Assembly: GCA_014905635.1 (NCBI GenBank)
Contig: JABVCE010000003.1
Coordinates: forward strand, 1,426,001 to 1,490,000
DNA: 64,000 bases
Reading direction: 5' to 3'
Source: Scenedesmus sp. PABB004
Lineage: Eukaryota
In this document: in pieces, positions 1 through 12,460 of the stretch
Layout of the letters: each line of letters starts with the position of its first letter
How positions within the stretch are numbered: the stretch's first letter is position 1
Notes under the pieces: generated by a model
The model's input: only the letters and a program-made list of their open reading frames with translations
What the model was told of the DNA's origin: nothing
The model's database searches: none
Program-made: the position numbers and the translations under genes

Positions 1-465
1 GCGCACCGACTGTTGCCGGTGTAACTGCGGCGTCCCACGCACCCCCGCCGGCTCAGCAGCACGGCTCGTCGCACCGCGAGACGTCCGCTGCTCGCTCCGC
101 TCCGCTCGCCGCAGCCGCGCGCCGCCGCCCGCACGCGGCCAGCTGCTGCACCTGCGTCCATCGCGCTCAGCATCGCTCTGATCGGACCAGCGCACCGGCG
201 CGAGGCGGCCGCGGTCCAGGCGGCGGCGGCGGCGGCGGCACATCGCCGAGCAGCTGCGCTCGCCGCGCGCCGCTGCCCCGGGCGCTGCAGCGGCGGCGCG
301 ATGCGGCCGTGACGGCGGCATGGCGGTCGAAATCCGGGGCCTGAGCCCGCCAGTGGCGTTCGGGGCCGGCGGCCGCGCGGTCGGCGCGGCGGCGGCAGCA
401 GCGGCGGCGCAGGCGTCCCGCGCCGCGCCGCGCGACGACGCCTGAGCGCGCCGGTGGCGGCAGCC

Positions 466-2808
466 ATGCAAGCGTCGCTGGACCTGGCGTCCTACGTGGC
501 CGCGCTGCCGCCAGACGTCAAGGTCGAGGTGTTTGCGAGCCCCTGGACGAGCCAGGCGCTCTTCCGCGCGCTGCCGCAGCTCGCGCAGCAGTTTGTGCTG
601 CGCCTGCTGTACGTGGACGGCCCCCTGCCAAAGGGTACGCACAGGCCCGGGCGGCGGCCACGCCCGGCGGCGGGGCGCGCGTGCGCCGCGCAGCGCCGCC
701 CATCGCACGCGCGGCCGCCGCCGCAGACTCGCTGCGCCTGTGGGTGGTGCCGGGCGCGGAGGCGCAGTCGCACAACGCCGTGCACCAGCTGGAGCTGCTG
801 TCGCTGCTCACCTCGGACCGGCCAGGGCACGTGCAGCTGCACCCCTCGTTCCAGGCGTGCCTTCGTGCGGCGCTGTCCGGCAGGTGAGACGCCGCAGCGC
901 CGCGGCGGCGGCGCGCCGGCGCGCACGGCGTGGGAGCGCCGAGCGCCGCGCGCGCTGCGCGCCCGCCGCGCCAGGGGCCTGGCGGCGGACGGGCTCGGCG
1001 GCGGCGTCACGCTGAGCGCAGCGAGCCTCAAGCACATGCGCGAGGAGGCGTCGCGGCACTGGCAGGCGCGGCGGCGTCGCGCCGCGCGCGGCGCCCCCGC
1101 GGCGCCGGCCCCGGCCGCGCGCCCTGCGCCGCTGCGCGCAGCGCTCCCACGCAGCCGCGGCCCCGCGGTCCACCCCCAGGATGTGCTCATGTACCTGCTG
1201 GACTGTGACGAGCAGCTGGCCATGCCGGACGGCGTGGTGAGGCCGTCGCCCCCCCCCCCCCCCCCCAGCGGAGGCAGCGGGGCAGCGGGGCGGCCGCGCG
1301 CGCGGCCGCAGGCTGGCGCGCCCGCCCACGCCCACCTCGGCGCGCCGCCGCACCGCAGGCCGCCAAGCCGCTCAGCATACAGGCGCTGCTGCGCTCCGCG
1401 GGGCTCGTCGCCGGCCAGGGGCGCAGGTGCGGCGGCGGCGCTCGCCGCGGCCGCGCTGCCCGTCGCCGGCCGCGCCCCCCTCACGCCCGCGCCGCTGCCT
1501 GGCGGGCGCCGGGGCGGGCGCCCAGGCACGAGCTGACGGCGGCGGGGTTCCGCTACCTGCTCAAGAGCACGGCGGAGCAGGTGTGGGTGCTGCTGCGAGA
1601 GTACATCAAGGGCGCGGAGGCGACCTCGGGTGCGCCGCGCACGGCGCGCCGCCGGCCGCCGCGGGCGCGCGCGGCCGCGCCGAGCGGGGGAGCGCGTGCG
1701 ACCGCCGCCGCCGCCGCCGCCGCCGCTGCCGCCGCCGCGCCGCAGGCAAGGAGCTGGGCTCCACGCTGAGCTTCCTCATGCAGCTGAGCTTCCGCCGCGC
1801 CTGGGCGCCCTGCCCGCTCTCGGCGCTGAGCGCGCAGGAGCAGGACATCGCCAGCCACATGGCCCAGCTCGGCCTGGTGCACACGTTTGTGCAGGACGGC
1901 GCGACGTGCTTTTGCGCGACCCCGCTCGCAGCCACGCTCGTCGGCGGCGGCGGCGGCGGGGCCGGCAGCGGCGCGGCGGAGGGCGACGCCGCCGGCGGCG
2001 GCGGCGGCGGCGGCGACAGCGCGGCCTACATCATCTGTGAGACCAACTTCCGGGTGTGGGCGCCAGCAGCGCCCGCCCGCGCTTGCTCGCGCCCGCGCCG
2101 CTGCCGCCACCGCCGCCGCCGCCAACGGGCGGGCCGGCGCCGCCGCGGCGGCGCAGGTGTACGCGCACACGTCGTGCGCGCTGCAGCGGCGCGTGCTGTC
2201 GCGCCTGATGCGCACCGACTGCCTGCTGCCAAACCTCTACGTCGGCACCCTCACGCGCGAGGCGTTCCTGGAGGCGCTCGCGCTCGGCATCACCGCGGCC
2301 GACGTCGCGGCGTTCCTGCAGCAGCACGCGCACCCGCAGGTCGCGCGCCGCGTGCCGAGCGTGCCCGAGGTGTGCCGCGCCGCGCCGCGCGGTGCCGCGC
2401 CGCCCGCGTGGCGGCCGCCCGACGCGCGCCGCCGCCGCCGCGCGGCGCGCCGCGGCGGGCCGCAGAACGTGCAGGAGCAGCTGGTGCTGTGGGAGAGCGA
2501 GACGCGGCGCGTCGTGTCGGCGCCGGCGATGCTCTACAGCGCGTTTGAGGACGCTGAGCTCTTTGTCGCCGCGTCGGGGCACGCGAGCAACCTGGGGCTC
2601 ATGCTCTGGTCCGACGCGGGCCAGCGCCTGCTCGCCATCCAGCGCCTCGGTGCGCGCGCGCGCGAGAGCACGCGGGCGCGGGGCCGCGGCGCCACGCCGG
2701 CGGCGCGCGACCCCGCCCGCCCGCCCGCGCGCGCGTGCAGGGCACGAGGCAATGAAGGGCTTCATCATGGAGTACAAGGCGCAGCGCCAGCGCACCATGA
2801 TGCAGTGA
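466..2808 (+). CDS. TFB2: TFIIH core subunit p52/Tfb2 (GTF2H4), about 11 exons
   Basis: Spliced translation gives 'FRALPQLAQQFVLRLLYVDGPL', 'ELTAAGFRYLLKSTAEQVWVLLREYI', 'YIICETNFRVYAHT', 'LPNLYVGTLTREAFLEALALGITAADVAAFLQQHAHP' and 'VPENVQEQLVLWESETRRV', all typical Tfb2 motifs. Ten introns, one GC-AG (1066-1179). Confidence 0.93.
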
Positions 2809-3046
2809 CCGTGGCGTGCGGGCGGGCGGCGCGCGGCGGCGCGGGCGTCGAGCGGGCGCGCTTTGAACCGCACCTCGCCGACGGCGCGCCGAGCGCCGCC
2901 AGTGCGCCCACCCAAGGCCCCGGCACGCGTCACACGCGAGACAGGACCGCCGCGCCCGACGCACCCCGCACTCTCAAACTTCGGTGGCGGTGATGGCCCC
3001 GCCCGCGCCACACGCCGCCCGCTGATCGCGCCCACGCCGGGGCCTG

Positions 3047-6000
3047 ATGGAGGGGCCGCCGCCGGACGCTCCCGCGGAGGCGCCGGGCGAGCAGGCGGGC
3101 GCGGCGCAGGCGCCTGCGCCACGCGACAGCCCGGCGCAGCAGCTGGCCGCGCCCACGCCCCCGTGCGCCCAGGTCGCGCACGGGGAGCGTGAGGAGCACC
3201 ATGAGCAGCAGCACCAGGCGCCCAGCGAGGCGGCCGGGGCAGCCGCGGCGACGGCGCGCAGCCCGTCGCGGGAGCAGCAGCACAGCCCGCGCTCCAGCGG
3301 CCGCCCCAGCGACTCGGGCGCGCCACGCGGCAGTGAGACGCACTCTGGCGACTCCAGCGAGGGCGATGACGGTGCGCATGGGGCGCGGGCGCGCGCGGGC
3401 CGCGTACGAGCGCGCCGGCGCACGCACAGCCGGCCGGGGGCCCTGATCCGGCTGCCCAGGCGCCCGGGCCGGGCCGACGCGCCCGCCCGGCGCGGGGCAG
3501 GTCGGCGGGGCCCTCGCGCGCGGCGCCGCCGGGCCGCGCGCGCTCCCGGCGCCGCCGCCGGCGCCGCCCGCGCACGGCACGCGCGCCCGGGCGGCGCAGC
3601 GCGCCGCGCGCCCGCCGCGCCGGGCCGCGGCGCCGCCGCCGGCCGCCAGCCGGCGCGCGGCGGCCTGCGCAGGCCGCGCGGCGGCGCCCGTGGCGCCCGT
3701 GGCGCCGCCGCCGACCCGCGCCGCGCGCCTGCGCTTGCCGTGCCGCCGCAGACGACGCCGTGCTGGAGCGCGCGGTCAGCGACGAGGCCGCGGCGGCCGA
3801 CCTCGCGGCGATCCGGGGCATGTGGGAGCTGGCGGCGGTGTACGAGGCCCTCGCCACGTTCAAGCACTGGCTGGGGTTCAGCCAGCTGTACCCGCTGTCA
3901 GACCTGGAGGACGCGCTCGTGCGCTCGCCGGGCCCCGGTGCGGCGGCGTTCCGGGCCCGCTCGGCCGGGACCCGGGGCGGCGCAGCGCGCGGCGCGCGGT
4001 GCGCGGCGGCGGCGGCGGCCGTCAACCGCCGCCAACCGCCGCCAACCGCGGGCGCCGCGCTGTGCGCGCCGCGCAGGCCTGCTTGCTCAGCTGCACATCG
4101 ACCTGCTGCGCGGCATCGCGACGCGCAGCGTGGTGGGGCCGGAGAACTGGGCGTCCACGCTCGCGTCGCGGCTGCAGAGCGAGGCGCACCAGCTCGGCCA
4201 GCCGGCCGCGAAGCTGCCGTTCAGGCCCACGCGCGGCCGCGAGGCGGCCGAGTACGCGCAGCTGGGCGCGGTGCAGCGGTGCGCGGCGAGCGCGGCGCCG
4301 CGGCGCGCCCTGCGCTGGCTGCCGCGCCGCGCCCGGGGAGCCTCGACGCCCGACTGCCTTCCTCCCGCCCGCCCGCCCGCCCGCCCGCCCGCCTGCCCGC
4401 CTCACCCCGCCCCGCCGTCGGCGCAGCGTGCACACGCTCAAGGCGCTCGTCGACCTGCGCGCCGACCGGGATGACCTGCGCCAGCTGGTCGACGACATCA
4501 TGGCGGCGCCGCCCGGCAGCGACGCCGGCGGCGGCCGGCCCGGCAGCGGCGCGAGCACGCCGCCGCGGCGCAGCGCGCGCGGCGGCTCGGCGCCGCCGCC
4601 GCGGCCGGCGCTCGGGGCCGACGACATGCGCGGCCGCGGGCCGCTCGGGCACGACGCGGCGGGGTGGTCATACTATTGGTTTGACCTTCCGTTTGACCAC
4701 GACGCGCCGGTGGGGCTCATGGGCAGCCGCCTGTACGCCGAGGCGCCGCCGCCCGAGCCCGCCGTCGCGCCCGACGCGGGCGGCGGCGCGGACGCCGGCG
4801 CGGACGCCGGCGCGGACGCCGGCGCGGACGCCGGCGCGGACGCCGCCGCCGCCGCGGGCAGCGGCAAGCCGCCACTGCCGCCCGGCAGGGCGGGCGCGGC
4901 CGGCGCCAAGCTGCCCAGCGCGGCGGCGAGCAGGCAAGGCAGCCCGAGCCCCGCGCCGTGCGTGAAGGAGGAGCCCGGCGCCCCAGACCAGCAGCCGCAG
5001 CCGGACCAGCTGGGCGACGGCGGCAGGCAGACCCGCGCGCCCAAGCCCGAGCCGGGCGCCGCAGAGGCGCCGGCCGCGGCTGGCAAGCCGCCCGCAAGCG
5101 GCAGCAGGGGGCGCAAGGCCGCCGGCGCGGCGGCCGACGAGGAGATGGCCGACGCTGAGCCGCCGGCCGCCAAGCCCAGCAGGGGCAGGGCGGCGGCTGC
5201 CGCGGCGGCCGGCGCCAAGCCGCGCGGCAAGGCCGCCGCGGCGCCCGCCAAGGCGGCCGCGCCCGCGCCCGCCCGCCCCAGCCGGCGGGCCGCCGCGGAT
5301 GCGTCGGCCAAGATGGCGCAGCAGCTGGCTGCGCCGGCGCGGCGTGGCAGCGACGCGGCGGCGCCGGGCGGCGCCGCCGCCGCAGCGGGCGCGCGCGGCG
5401 CGAAGCGGCCTCGCGCCGCCGCCGCGCAGAGCGAGGGCGACAGCGAGGAGAGCAAGCGCAGCGGCAGCGACGCGAGCAGCAGCGACGGCAGCGACGGCAG
5501 CGACGCTGAGGACGAGCAGCCGGCGCCGGCGCGGCGCAAGGCTGCCGCCGCGCCCGCCGGCAAGGCCGGCCGCAAGCGCGCGCGCGGCGCCGAGGAGGCG
5601 CCCGCCGGCGGCGCGGACGGCGACGCGGACGCGGCGCTCGCGGCGGCGCTCGCGGCGGGCGGCGGGCGCGCGCGGCCCACGCGGCGCGCCGCCGCCGACG
5701 CCTCGGCGCGCATTGCCGAGCAGAGCAAGAACCCTCCCATCTACAAGCTGGCCGAGGAGGCCAGCAAGGCCGCGGCGGCGGCGGGCGGCGGCAAGGGCGG
5801 GCAGCGCGGCAGAGGCGGCGGCGACGGCGGCGCGCGCCCGCCGCCGCGGCGGCGCAGCGGGCCCTGGACGATGCCGCCGGAGCCGCCCGCGCCGGGGGAG
5901 TGGCGGCTCGTCGCGGACTCGCTGGAGGCGCTCGAGGCGTTTGCGGAGGAGCTGAGCGAGCGCGAGGCCGACACGGACGCGGCGCTCGGGCGGCTGCTGT

Positions 6001-7783
6001 TGGAGCAGGTCGTCGGCACGCTGCTGGAGCGCAAGGAGCGCGAGGAGCGGGTGCGGCGCGGCGCCGCTGCGCGCCCCGCGCAGCCGCGCACGCGCCGGCG
6101 GGCCCGCCCAACGCTGCCGCCGGGCCCGCTCCGCGCGCCGCAGTTTGCGCGCGCGCGCAGCCGCGTGGCCAAGAGCCTGGGCCTGGACACGGCCGTGCCC
6201 GAGCCGGGCGGCCGCGAGCGCCGGCAGCGCCGCGCGGTCAACTACAATTTTGATGATTACGACCGCCACATGCGGGTGCGCCGCCCGCCCCTGCACCCTA
6301 GACCCCGCGGCCGCGCCGCAGGGGGCAGCGGCAGAGATTCGCGCCGCCCGCGCCTGGGGGCTGCCGCGCCCCCGCCGCCGCCCTGGCGCCGGCCCGCGAC
6401 TGCCGCCGCGCGCGCGCCCCCTGCTCGCAGGTGGCCATCCGCGCGCAGCAGCGCGGCGAGCCGGAGGACTATTACGCCGTGCAGCGCCAGACCATCGCGG
6501 CGCCGGCGTACGACTGCGAGGTGCGCCGCGGCCGCTCCGGCGGCGCGGCGGAGCCGGTGCTCACGCTGGAGGCGGTCGACGCGCTGCGCAAGCGCCGCGT
6601 GGAGCGCGCCAAGCTCGGCCTGCCGCTGGACAGCGACGACGCCGGCGACGACGGCGCCGGCGGCGGCGCGCGCGGCGGCAGCAGCGAGCCCGGGCGCGAG
6701 CGCAGCGGCGAGCGCAGCGACCAGGACCGCGGCCGCAAGCGCAGCGACAGCGCGGGCGAGGGCAGCGCCGGCGAGGAGGCGGCGGAGGAGGAGGGCCAGG
6801 GCGCGGAGGACCAGGAGCAGCGGCGCGCCGCGCCGGCGGGCGACGGTGGCGCCAGCTCGGGCGGCACGGCGAGCGGGCAGGACGCGCGGCAGCGGTCGCG
6901 CAAGCCGCTCAAGCCCCGCCCGTCGGCGGGGGGCGGCGGCGGCAAGCCCCTGCAGCCGCAGCGGGCCAAGCCGCCGCGCCCGCCGCCGCCCAGGGCGGCC
7001 GCGCCCGCCGGCGGCGCGGCGCCGGGCGGCGACGACGGCGACGGCGGCGGCGCGAGCGCCGCCCGCCCGCGGCGCCGCGCGGCGGCAGGCGTGGCCGCGG
7101 CGGTGGCCGCCGCCGCCGCGGCAGCGGGCGGCAGTGAGGGCAAGTTCATGCGTGCCGCCGCGGCGGTGCAGCAGGAGTATGAGACCCTCTTTGGCGCCGA
7201 CCACACCGGGGCCGCCGCGGCGTGGCAGTCGGCCAACGCCGGCGCGGCGGGGGCGGCCGGCGAGCCGGCGCGGCGCCGCGGCGGCGGGCAGCGGGCGCGC
7301 GCGACGCCGCAGCAGGCGATGCAGCAGGCGTACGCGCAACAGCAGTGGGGCGGCCAGGGCTACGGCGCGCCGCAGGGCTACGACGGCGGGGCCTATGGCG
7401 CGCCGCAGGCCTACGGCGGCCAGGGCTACGGCGGTCAGGCCTACGGCGGTCAGGCCTACGGCGGCGAGGCCTACGGCGGCGCGGGCTACGGCGGCGAGGC
7501 CTATGGCGCACCGCAGGGCTACGACCCCCAGGGCTACGGCGGCTGGGCACAGCACGACGCAGCGGCGTCTGCCGCGGCGGCGGCAGCGGCGGCGGCAGCG
7601 GCGGAGCCCGCGGAGCAGGAGGAGCCCAACCCGGCGGCGATGCAGATGGCGCTGGCGCAGCTGCAGGCGGCGGTCGCGGCCGCGCAGGCGACGGGCGCGC
7701 CGGGCTTTGCCCCCGACGGCAGCGCCACGGCCGCGATGGGTCAGTTCATGCAGAGCTTGAGCAGCGCTGCCAGCCGCCAGTGA
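3047..7783 (+). CDS. DDT/WHIM-domain chromatin protein (ISWI partner, plant DDR-like) with a long low-complexity C-terminus
   Basis: 'IRGMWELAAVYEALATFKHWLGFSQLYPLSDLEDALVRSPG-LLAQLHIDLLRGI' is DDT-like, 'EYAQLGAVQRVHTLKALVDLR' is WHIM1-like, and 'PLGHDAAGWSYYWF' ... 'WRLVADSLEALEAFAEEL' is WHIM2/3-like. Introns at about 3372-3751, 3938-4077, 4279-4426, 6051-6143 and 6275-6430. Confidence 0.75.
7342..7545 (+). repeat. Coding Gly/Tyr/Gln repeats (GYGAPQ, GYGGQAYGG, 15-nt-like units)
   Basis: Tandem 'ctacggcggtcaggc / ctacggcggcgaggc' units in the last exon of the DDT gene. Confidence 0.9.
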
Positions 7784-7897
7784 GCATGGGGAGCCCTCGC
7801 GGCGGCGCCGCGTGTCGTGTGTTGCCTCAGGCAGGCCGTTGTTGCGCCCGTGCTGTGGCGGGTAACGCCATCCGCGCGCAGGCGCCGCCGCCGTGGC

Positions 7898-8618
7898 TCA
7901 CGCCCCCCGCGCCCGCCGCGCGATGCGCTGCGCCGCTGCGCTGGCGCCGCGCGCGGGGCGCTGCTGCGCCCGCTCCGGCAGCGGCCGCTGCCAGGCCTCC
8001 GCGCGCTCCGGCGCCAGCAGCCAGTCCAGGAGCTGCTGCAGGCGCGCGCCGTCAGTGAGGTACAGCTGCGCCACCTGAGCGCGCAGGCGGGCGGCGGCGG
8101 CGGGCTGGCAAAGGAGGCGCGCCAAAGGGCCGCGGCGCGGAGGCGTCGGGCGGCGCGCACCAGCACCTCCAGCGCGGTCGCCTGCTTGTACTGCTGCCGC
8201 GTCGCGTGCGCCGGCGGCGGCACGCTGCTGCTGTTGGCCGCCCAGCGCATGAGGTCGGCCTCCGCCGCCGTGGCCCAGCCCTCGCCGAGCACCACGCCGT
8301 GCGCCGCGGCCTGCGCGTGCGTGTTGGCCATCGCCGACACTTGCCGCCCGTAGCTGCGCGCGTTGGCCGGGTCGTAGAAGCGCGTGCGCAGCGCGGCCTG
8401 CGCGGCGCGGGGCAGCGGTGCACACAGCGTCGGGCGAGGCGCGCGCCGCCGCGCCGCGCGGCCGGCGCGCGGCGCGCCGCGCACCTCCCACACGGCGTCG
8501 CCCAGGAAGGCGAGGCTCACGGCGTTCCAGCGCGCCCGCGGGCTGCCGCCGCGCAGGTCGGGCGGCAGCGGCAGGCGCAGCGGCGCCGGCTGTGGCACGC
8601 CCTGCTGCTGCTGCTCAA

Positions 8619-8680
<62 letters not shown>

Positions 8681-8868
8681 GGTGGCGGCGGCGGCGGCGG
8701 CAGCGGCGCCGTTCCCCGCTCGGCGCCGCCGTCCGCGGCCGAGCAGCATCGCGCTGGCGCCGCCGCCCGCCGGGCGAGGCGACCGCGCCGCGCCGCCGCG
8801 TGCGGGCTGCGCCGGCCGGCTGCGCTCCTGCCCGCGGATCTGTGGCTGGGGAGCACAGCCGCCGACAT
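7898..8868 (-). CDS. Mini-ribonuclease III, probably plastid-targeted
   Basis: RNase III signature 'WNAVSLAFLGDAVWE' and 'QQYKQATALEVLVAQLYLTDGARLQQLLDWLL', with no dsRBD. Ser/Arg/Ala-rich N-terminus from ATG 8868 (alternative in-frame ATG at 9051). Two introns. Confidence 0.85.
8602..8679 (-). repeat. (CAG)n microsatellite encoding polyQ in Mini-III
   Basis: About 20 uninterrupted CTG on the + strand plus a shorter adjacent run. Confidence 0.95.
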
Positions 8869-9511
8869 CCAGCGGCTCAGCGGCAGCGGCAGCAGCGGCG
8901 GGCGCAGCAGCTGGGACGAGCCAGGACCTGGCGGGGCGGCTGCGGTGCAACTTGAGCGAGCTGCTAACGTGGGCGGTGTGGGCGGGAGCAGGCGGCGTGG
9001 CGGCTGGACGGGCGGCGCGCCGAGCGGCCAAAGCTGCTCCAACTCCCACATGCCACATGACAGCGCCCCCCGCCTGGCCGCGCGCCGAGGAGGTGGCCTG
9101 ACTCACGTTCGTGCCAGTTGCAACCTCGCCCGGCCTCGCCCGCCCCTCGCAGCAGCGCTGTCGCGCGCCTTCGCTGCGACTGCTGTCGAGCGCCCCCGCA
9201 GCGCCCTCTCCCGGCAAGGCGACGCGCCTGGTTTCGCCCAGACGTGCTCCTCCTCCTCCCGCAGCGTCCCCGGGCCCGCGCGGCGGCATGGAGTAGGCTG
9301 CGCGCCGGCAGCAGCAGCGCCGGACACCTCGGCGAGCCCCCCAGTTCATGAGCGCCAGGTGCCCGCAGCGGCCGCGGCGCGGCGCCGTCGTGGCAGCGGA
9401 GTCTTGGACGCAGCCGGCGAGCAGCCGCGCGCGGGGCGCGCCAACTGCCGGGTGCTGCTCGCGCGCTGCTGCTGCCGCCGCCGCCGCTGCAGGGACCGGC
9501 GGGGCGGCGCG

Positions 9512-10114
9512 ATGGACCCGGAGTCGCTCGAGCGCGAGAATGAGCGCAACCTGGACTCGCTGTCGGAGCGCATCGGCCTGCTCAAGCAGGCGCGCGGCGG
9601 CGGCGCGGCGGCGGCGCGGCTTGCACGCCTCCTGCGCGGCCGCCGCTGACGCCCGCGCGGGCTCCCCCCGCGTGCGCACGCGCTGCTGCTCGCCCAACAG
9701 GCCACGCACGGCATCCGGAGCGAGGTGGAGTCGCAGCATCACGTGCTCGACCGCATGGTGCGGCGGCGGCGGCGGGCGGCGCTGCGGCGCGCGGCGGCCG
9801 CCGGCGCCGGCGCTCACGGCGCCCCGCCCGCCCCCGTGCGCCGCGCGGCGCCGCAGACGGACGCGATGTTCAGCACGGGCGGCATGCTGGGCGGCGCGGC
9901 CGACAAGTTCCGCGTGGTGCGCGACGCCACGCCCGCGGCGGCGGCGGCGCCCGGGCGCGGCAGCGGGGGCCCGGGCCAACGCGCGCGGCGCCCACCTGCG
10001 CCGCTGCGCTGCGCGGCGCAGGTGATGAACAACAAGCAGAACAAGCAGATGCTCACGCTCGTGGGCGGCTTTGCGGCGGTGCTGCTGCTGCTGTACTGGC
10101 TGCTCTTTGACTGA
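9512..10114 (+). CDS. BET1: Bet1-like Qc-SNARE, 4 exons
   Basis: Spliced protein 'MDPESLERENERNLDSLSERIGLLKQ|ATHGIRSEVESQHHVLDRM|TDAMFSTGGMLGGAADKFRV|VMNNKQNKQMLTLVGGFAAVLLLLYWLLFD' has a SNARE coiled coil and a C-terminal TM anchor. Confidence 0.88.
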
Positions 10115-10681
10115 CTGACGGGTGCTGATGAGCCTTACTCAGCAGCTCACGAGCGGCTGTGGGGGCGTGTCGTCGCGGAGGCGCGCCCCGCTGACCTCTG
10201 CGGCCGGCCGTGGCCGGGACACGGCGGGCGAGCAGCAGGGCGCCTCGCCGCGAGGCGCCCGCGCCGCTGAAAGCGCGGCGGCGGCGCCGCGCCCTGCTTG
10301 CAACGGCCGGCCCGGTCGGTCGGTCTGCCCCGCTCGCAGCTAGGGACACAGGAACATGCTTACCGCAGCCAGCCGGCTGGCGCCAGCGGCGCCTTATCGA
10401 GCCGTGCAGCGCACGCGCGCCGATGCACAGGTTAGGTCCTTGGACCTAACTTGACGCGAGCAGGCAGAGCTTATGCCAACAACACATGCCTGTCAACCGA
10501 GCGGTCCCGTGCGCTTCTTGACTGTACACTGGCGTCGCCAGTCCCCGCAGTTGTACACCACGGCGCCGCCCCGCCGCGCAGCCGCCGCGCGGCCGCCGCC
10601 CGCCGGCTCACCGTGCGCGGCCGCCCCCCGGCCTCCCGCCGGCCCGGCCCGGCCCGTGTCGCGCCGCGTGCGCGGCTCACA

Positions 10682-12420
10682 TCACAGCCAGATGTCGCTC
10701 GAGCAGTCGCCGCCGGGGTAGCGGCACTCGTGCGCGAGCACGGGGCCGCCGGGCTCGGACCCAAAGTCGACGACAAAGTCGGGGTTGAGGCTCAGGCTGC
10801 CCGCCTCCGCGTCGACGTCGACCTGCACCAGCTGGCTGCCCTTCGCGAAGAGGTCGGGGTAAAACTGCTTGTCCCACGGGCTCAGCAGCGAGTTGGTCAC
10901 GTACAGGCGCTTGCCGTCGAGGCTGCGCCGGTGGCAGGCGGGCGGGCGGGCATGGCGTCGTTGTGCTCGCTGCCGCGGCGGCGCCCGGCGCAGGGTCCGG
11001 CGGGCGGCGCCCGGCGCAGGGTCCGGCGGGCGGCGGCGGCGCAGGGACCGGCGAGCGGGGGCGCAGGGACCGGCCGCGCGCGCCGCGCCGCGCGCACCTG
11101 AGCTGCAGCATCTGGGGGCCGCCGAGCACGGTGACGCCCTTGACGACCGGCGCGGGCGGCTGCTCCTCCAGGCCCACCGTCGCGAGGGCCTCCTTGGACA
11201 CGGTCACGCCGCGCCCCGCCGCGATGCTGCCGCCGAGCCAGAGGCGGCTCGCGAGGCGCGGCGCGGAGGGGTCGCTGATGTCATACATGCACACGTCGCC
11301 TGACCCGGCGGCGGTTTGGGGTTGTGCGGGTGCGGGCGGGCGCGACGGCGGAGGAGGGTGCGTGTGTGGGCGCCGAGCGCGCGCGCCGGCTGCGGCAGCG
11401 GCGGCGGCGGTGCGTGCGGCGGCGCCAGCGGTGCGTGCGGCGCGCCGCTCGTCGTCACGCGTCACGCGCACCGCGCAGCCAGTTTGAGAAGAAGAGCCAG
11501 CGGTCGTCGAGGGAGATGAGGATGTCGGTGATGAGCGGCGGCAGGGTCGGCAGCGCCCAGCCGCCCACCTCGAGCCAGGGCTGCTCGATGACAAACGAGT
11601 GGCCCACCGCCTTGGTGGCGGGGTCGACGTCGAGCTTCACCACGCTGCTGCTCAGCGCGCAGCCCTGGCCGCGACGACGCGGGTGGTGGGCAGGCCGCCG
11701 GGGCGCGGCGGGTGATCGACGCGCGGCGGGCAATCGACGCGCGGGGCCGGCCGCCGCGGCACGCCGGCGGCGCGGGCGGCAGTGTCCGAGCGCGGCGTGC
11801 GCAGCGCGCGGGCGGCGCGGCGGCGGGGGAAGGGGGGAGGCCGCACCACGAAGCCGACCGTGGCCTGCGGGTCGTGCAGGAAGCGCGTCTCCAGCGGGAT
11901 CATGCCCTTGGGCCCGAGCTCGATCGTCTGCCGCAGGCTGCGCTCCTTCCAGCTGTGCACGTAGAGCCGGCTCCCGTACTCGGTGCTCGCGACTGCGTGC
12001 AAAGGCAGAGGGGCGGGGCGGGGTGGGGTCGGCGTCCGTGGCGAGCGCGCCGCGAGGCGCGGCGGGCGCTGGGGACGGCGCGCGGGCGCGGGGCGCGCGG
12101 CTCACTCGCGGGGTCGAAGCCCTTGAAGAACTCGGCGGGCGTGCCAAACTCGGAGCTGACCATCACGTCGTGCGCGGGTTGATACCAGTAATCGTATCCT
12201 GCGAAAAAGAGGGGGAAAAGGGCGGCGTCAGTTCAGGGGCGGCGGGCACCGGCGGCGGTGTCGCGGGTGGCCAGGTGCGCCGTCGTCCGCCCACGAAGCG
12301 GCTGCTAGACCTCATGCGCCTCTTACCGAAGGGAGTTTCATCCTCCTTGGACGACCAGGTGCCCTTAATGTTCAGGCTGTCATCGAGCAACAGGAAGTTG
12401 CCCTTGCCCTGGGGGAGGCA

Positions 12421-12460
<40 letters not shown>

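Noticed and set aside
1..330. Possible partial minus-strand gene, or 3' end of an upstream gene (TGTAA at 20-24)
   Set aside because: No recognisable protein or consistent exon structure can be supported from this fragment.
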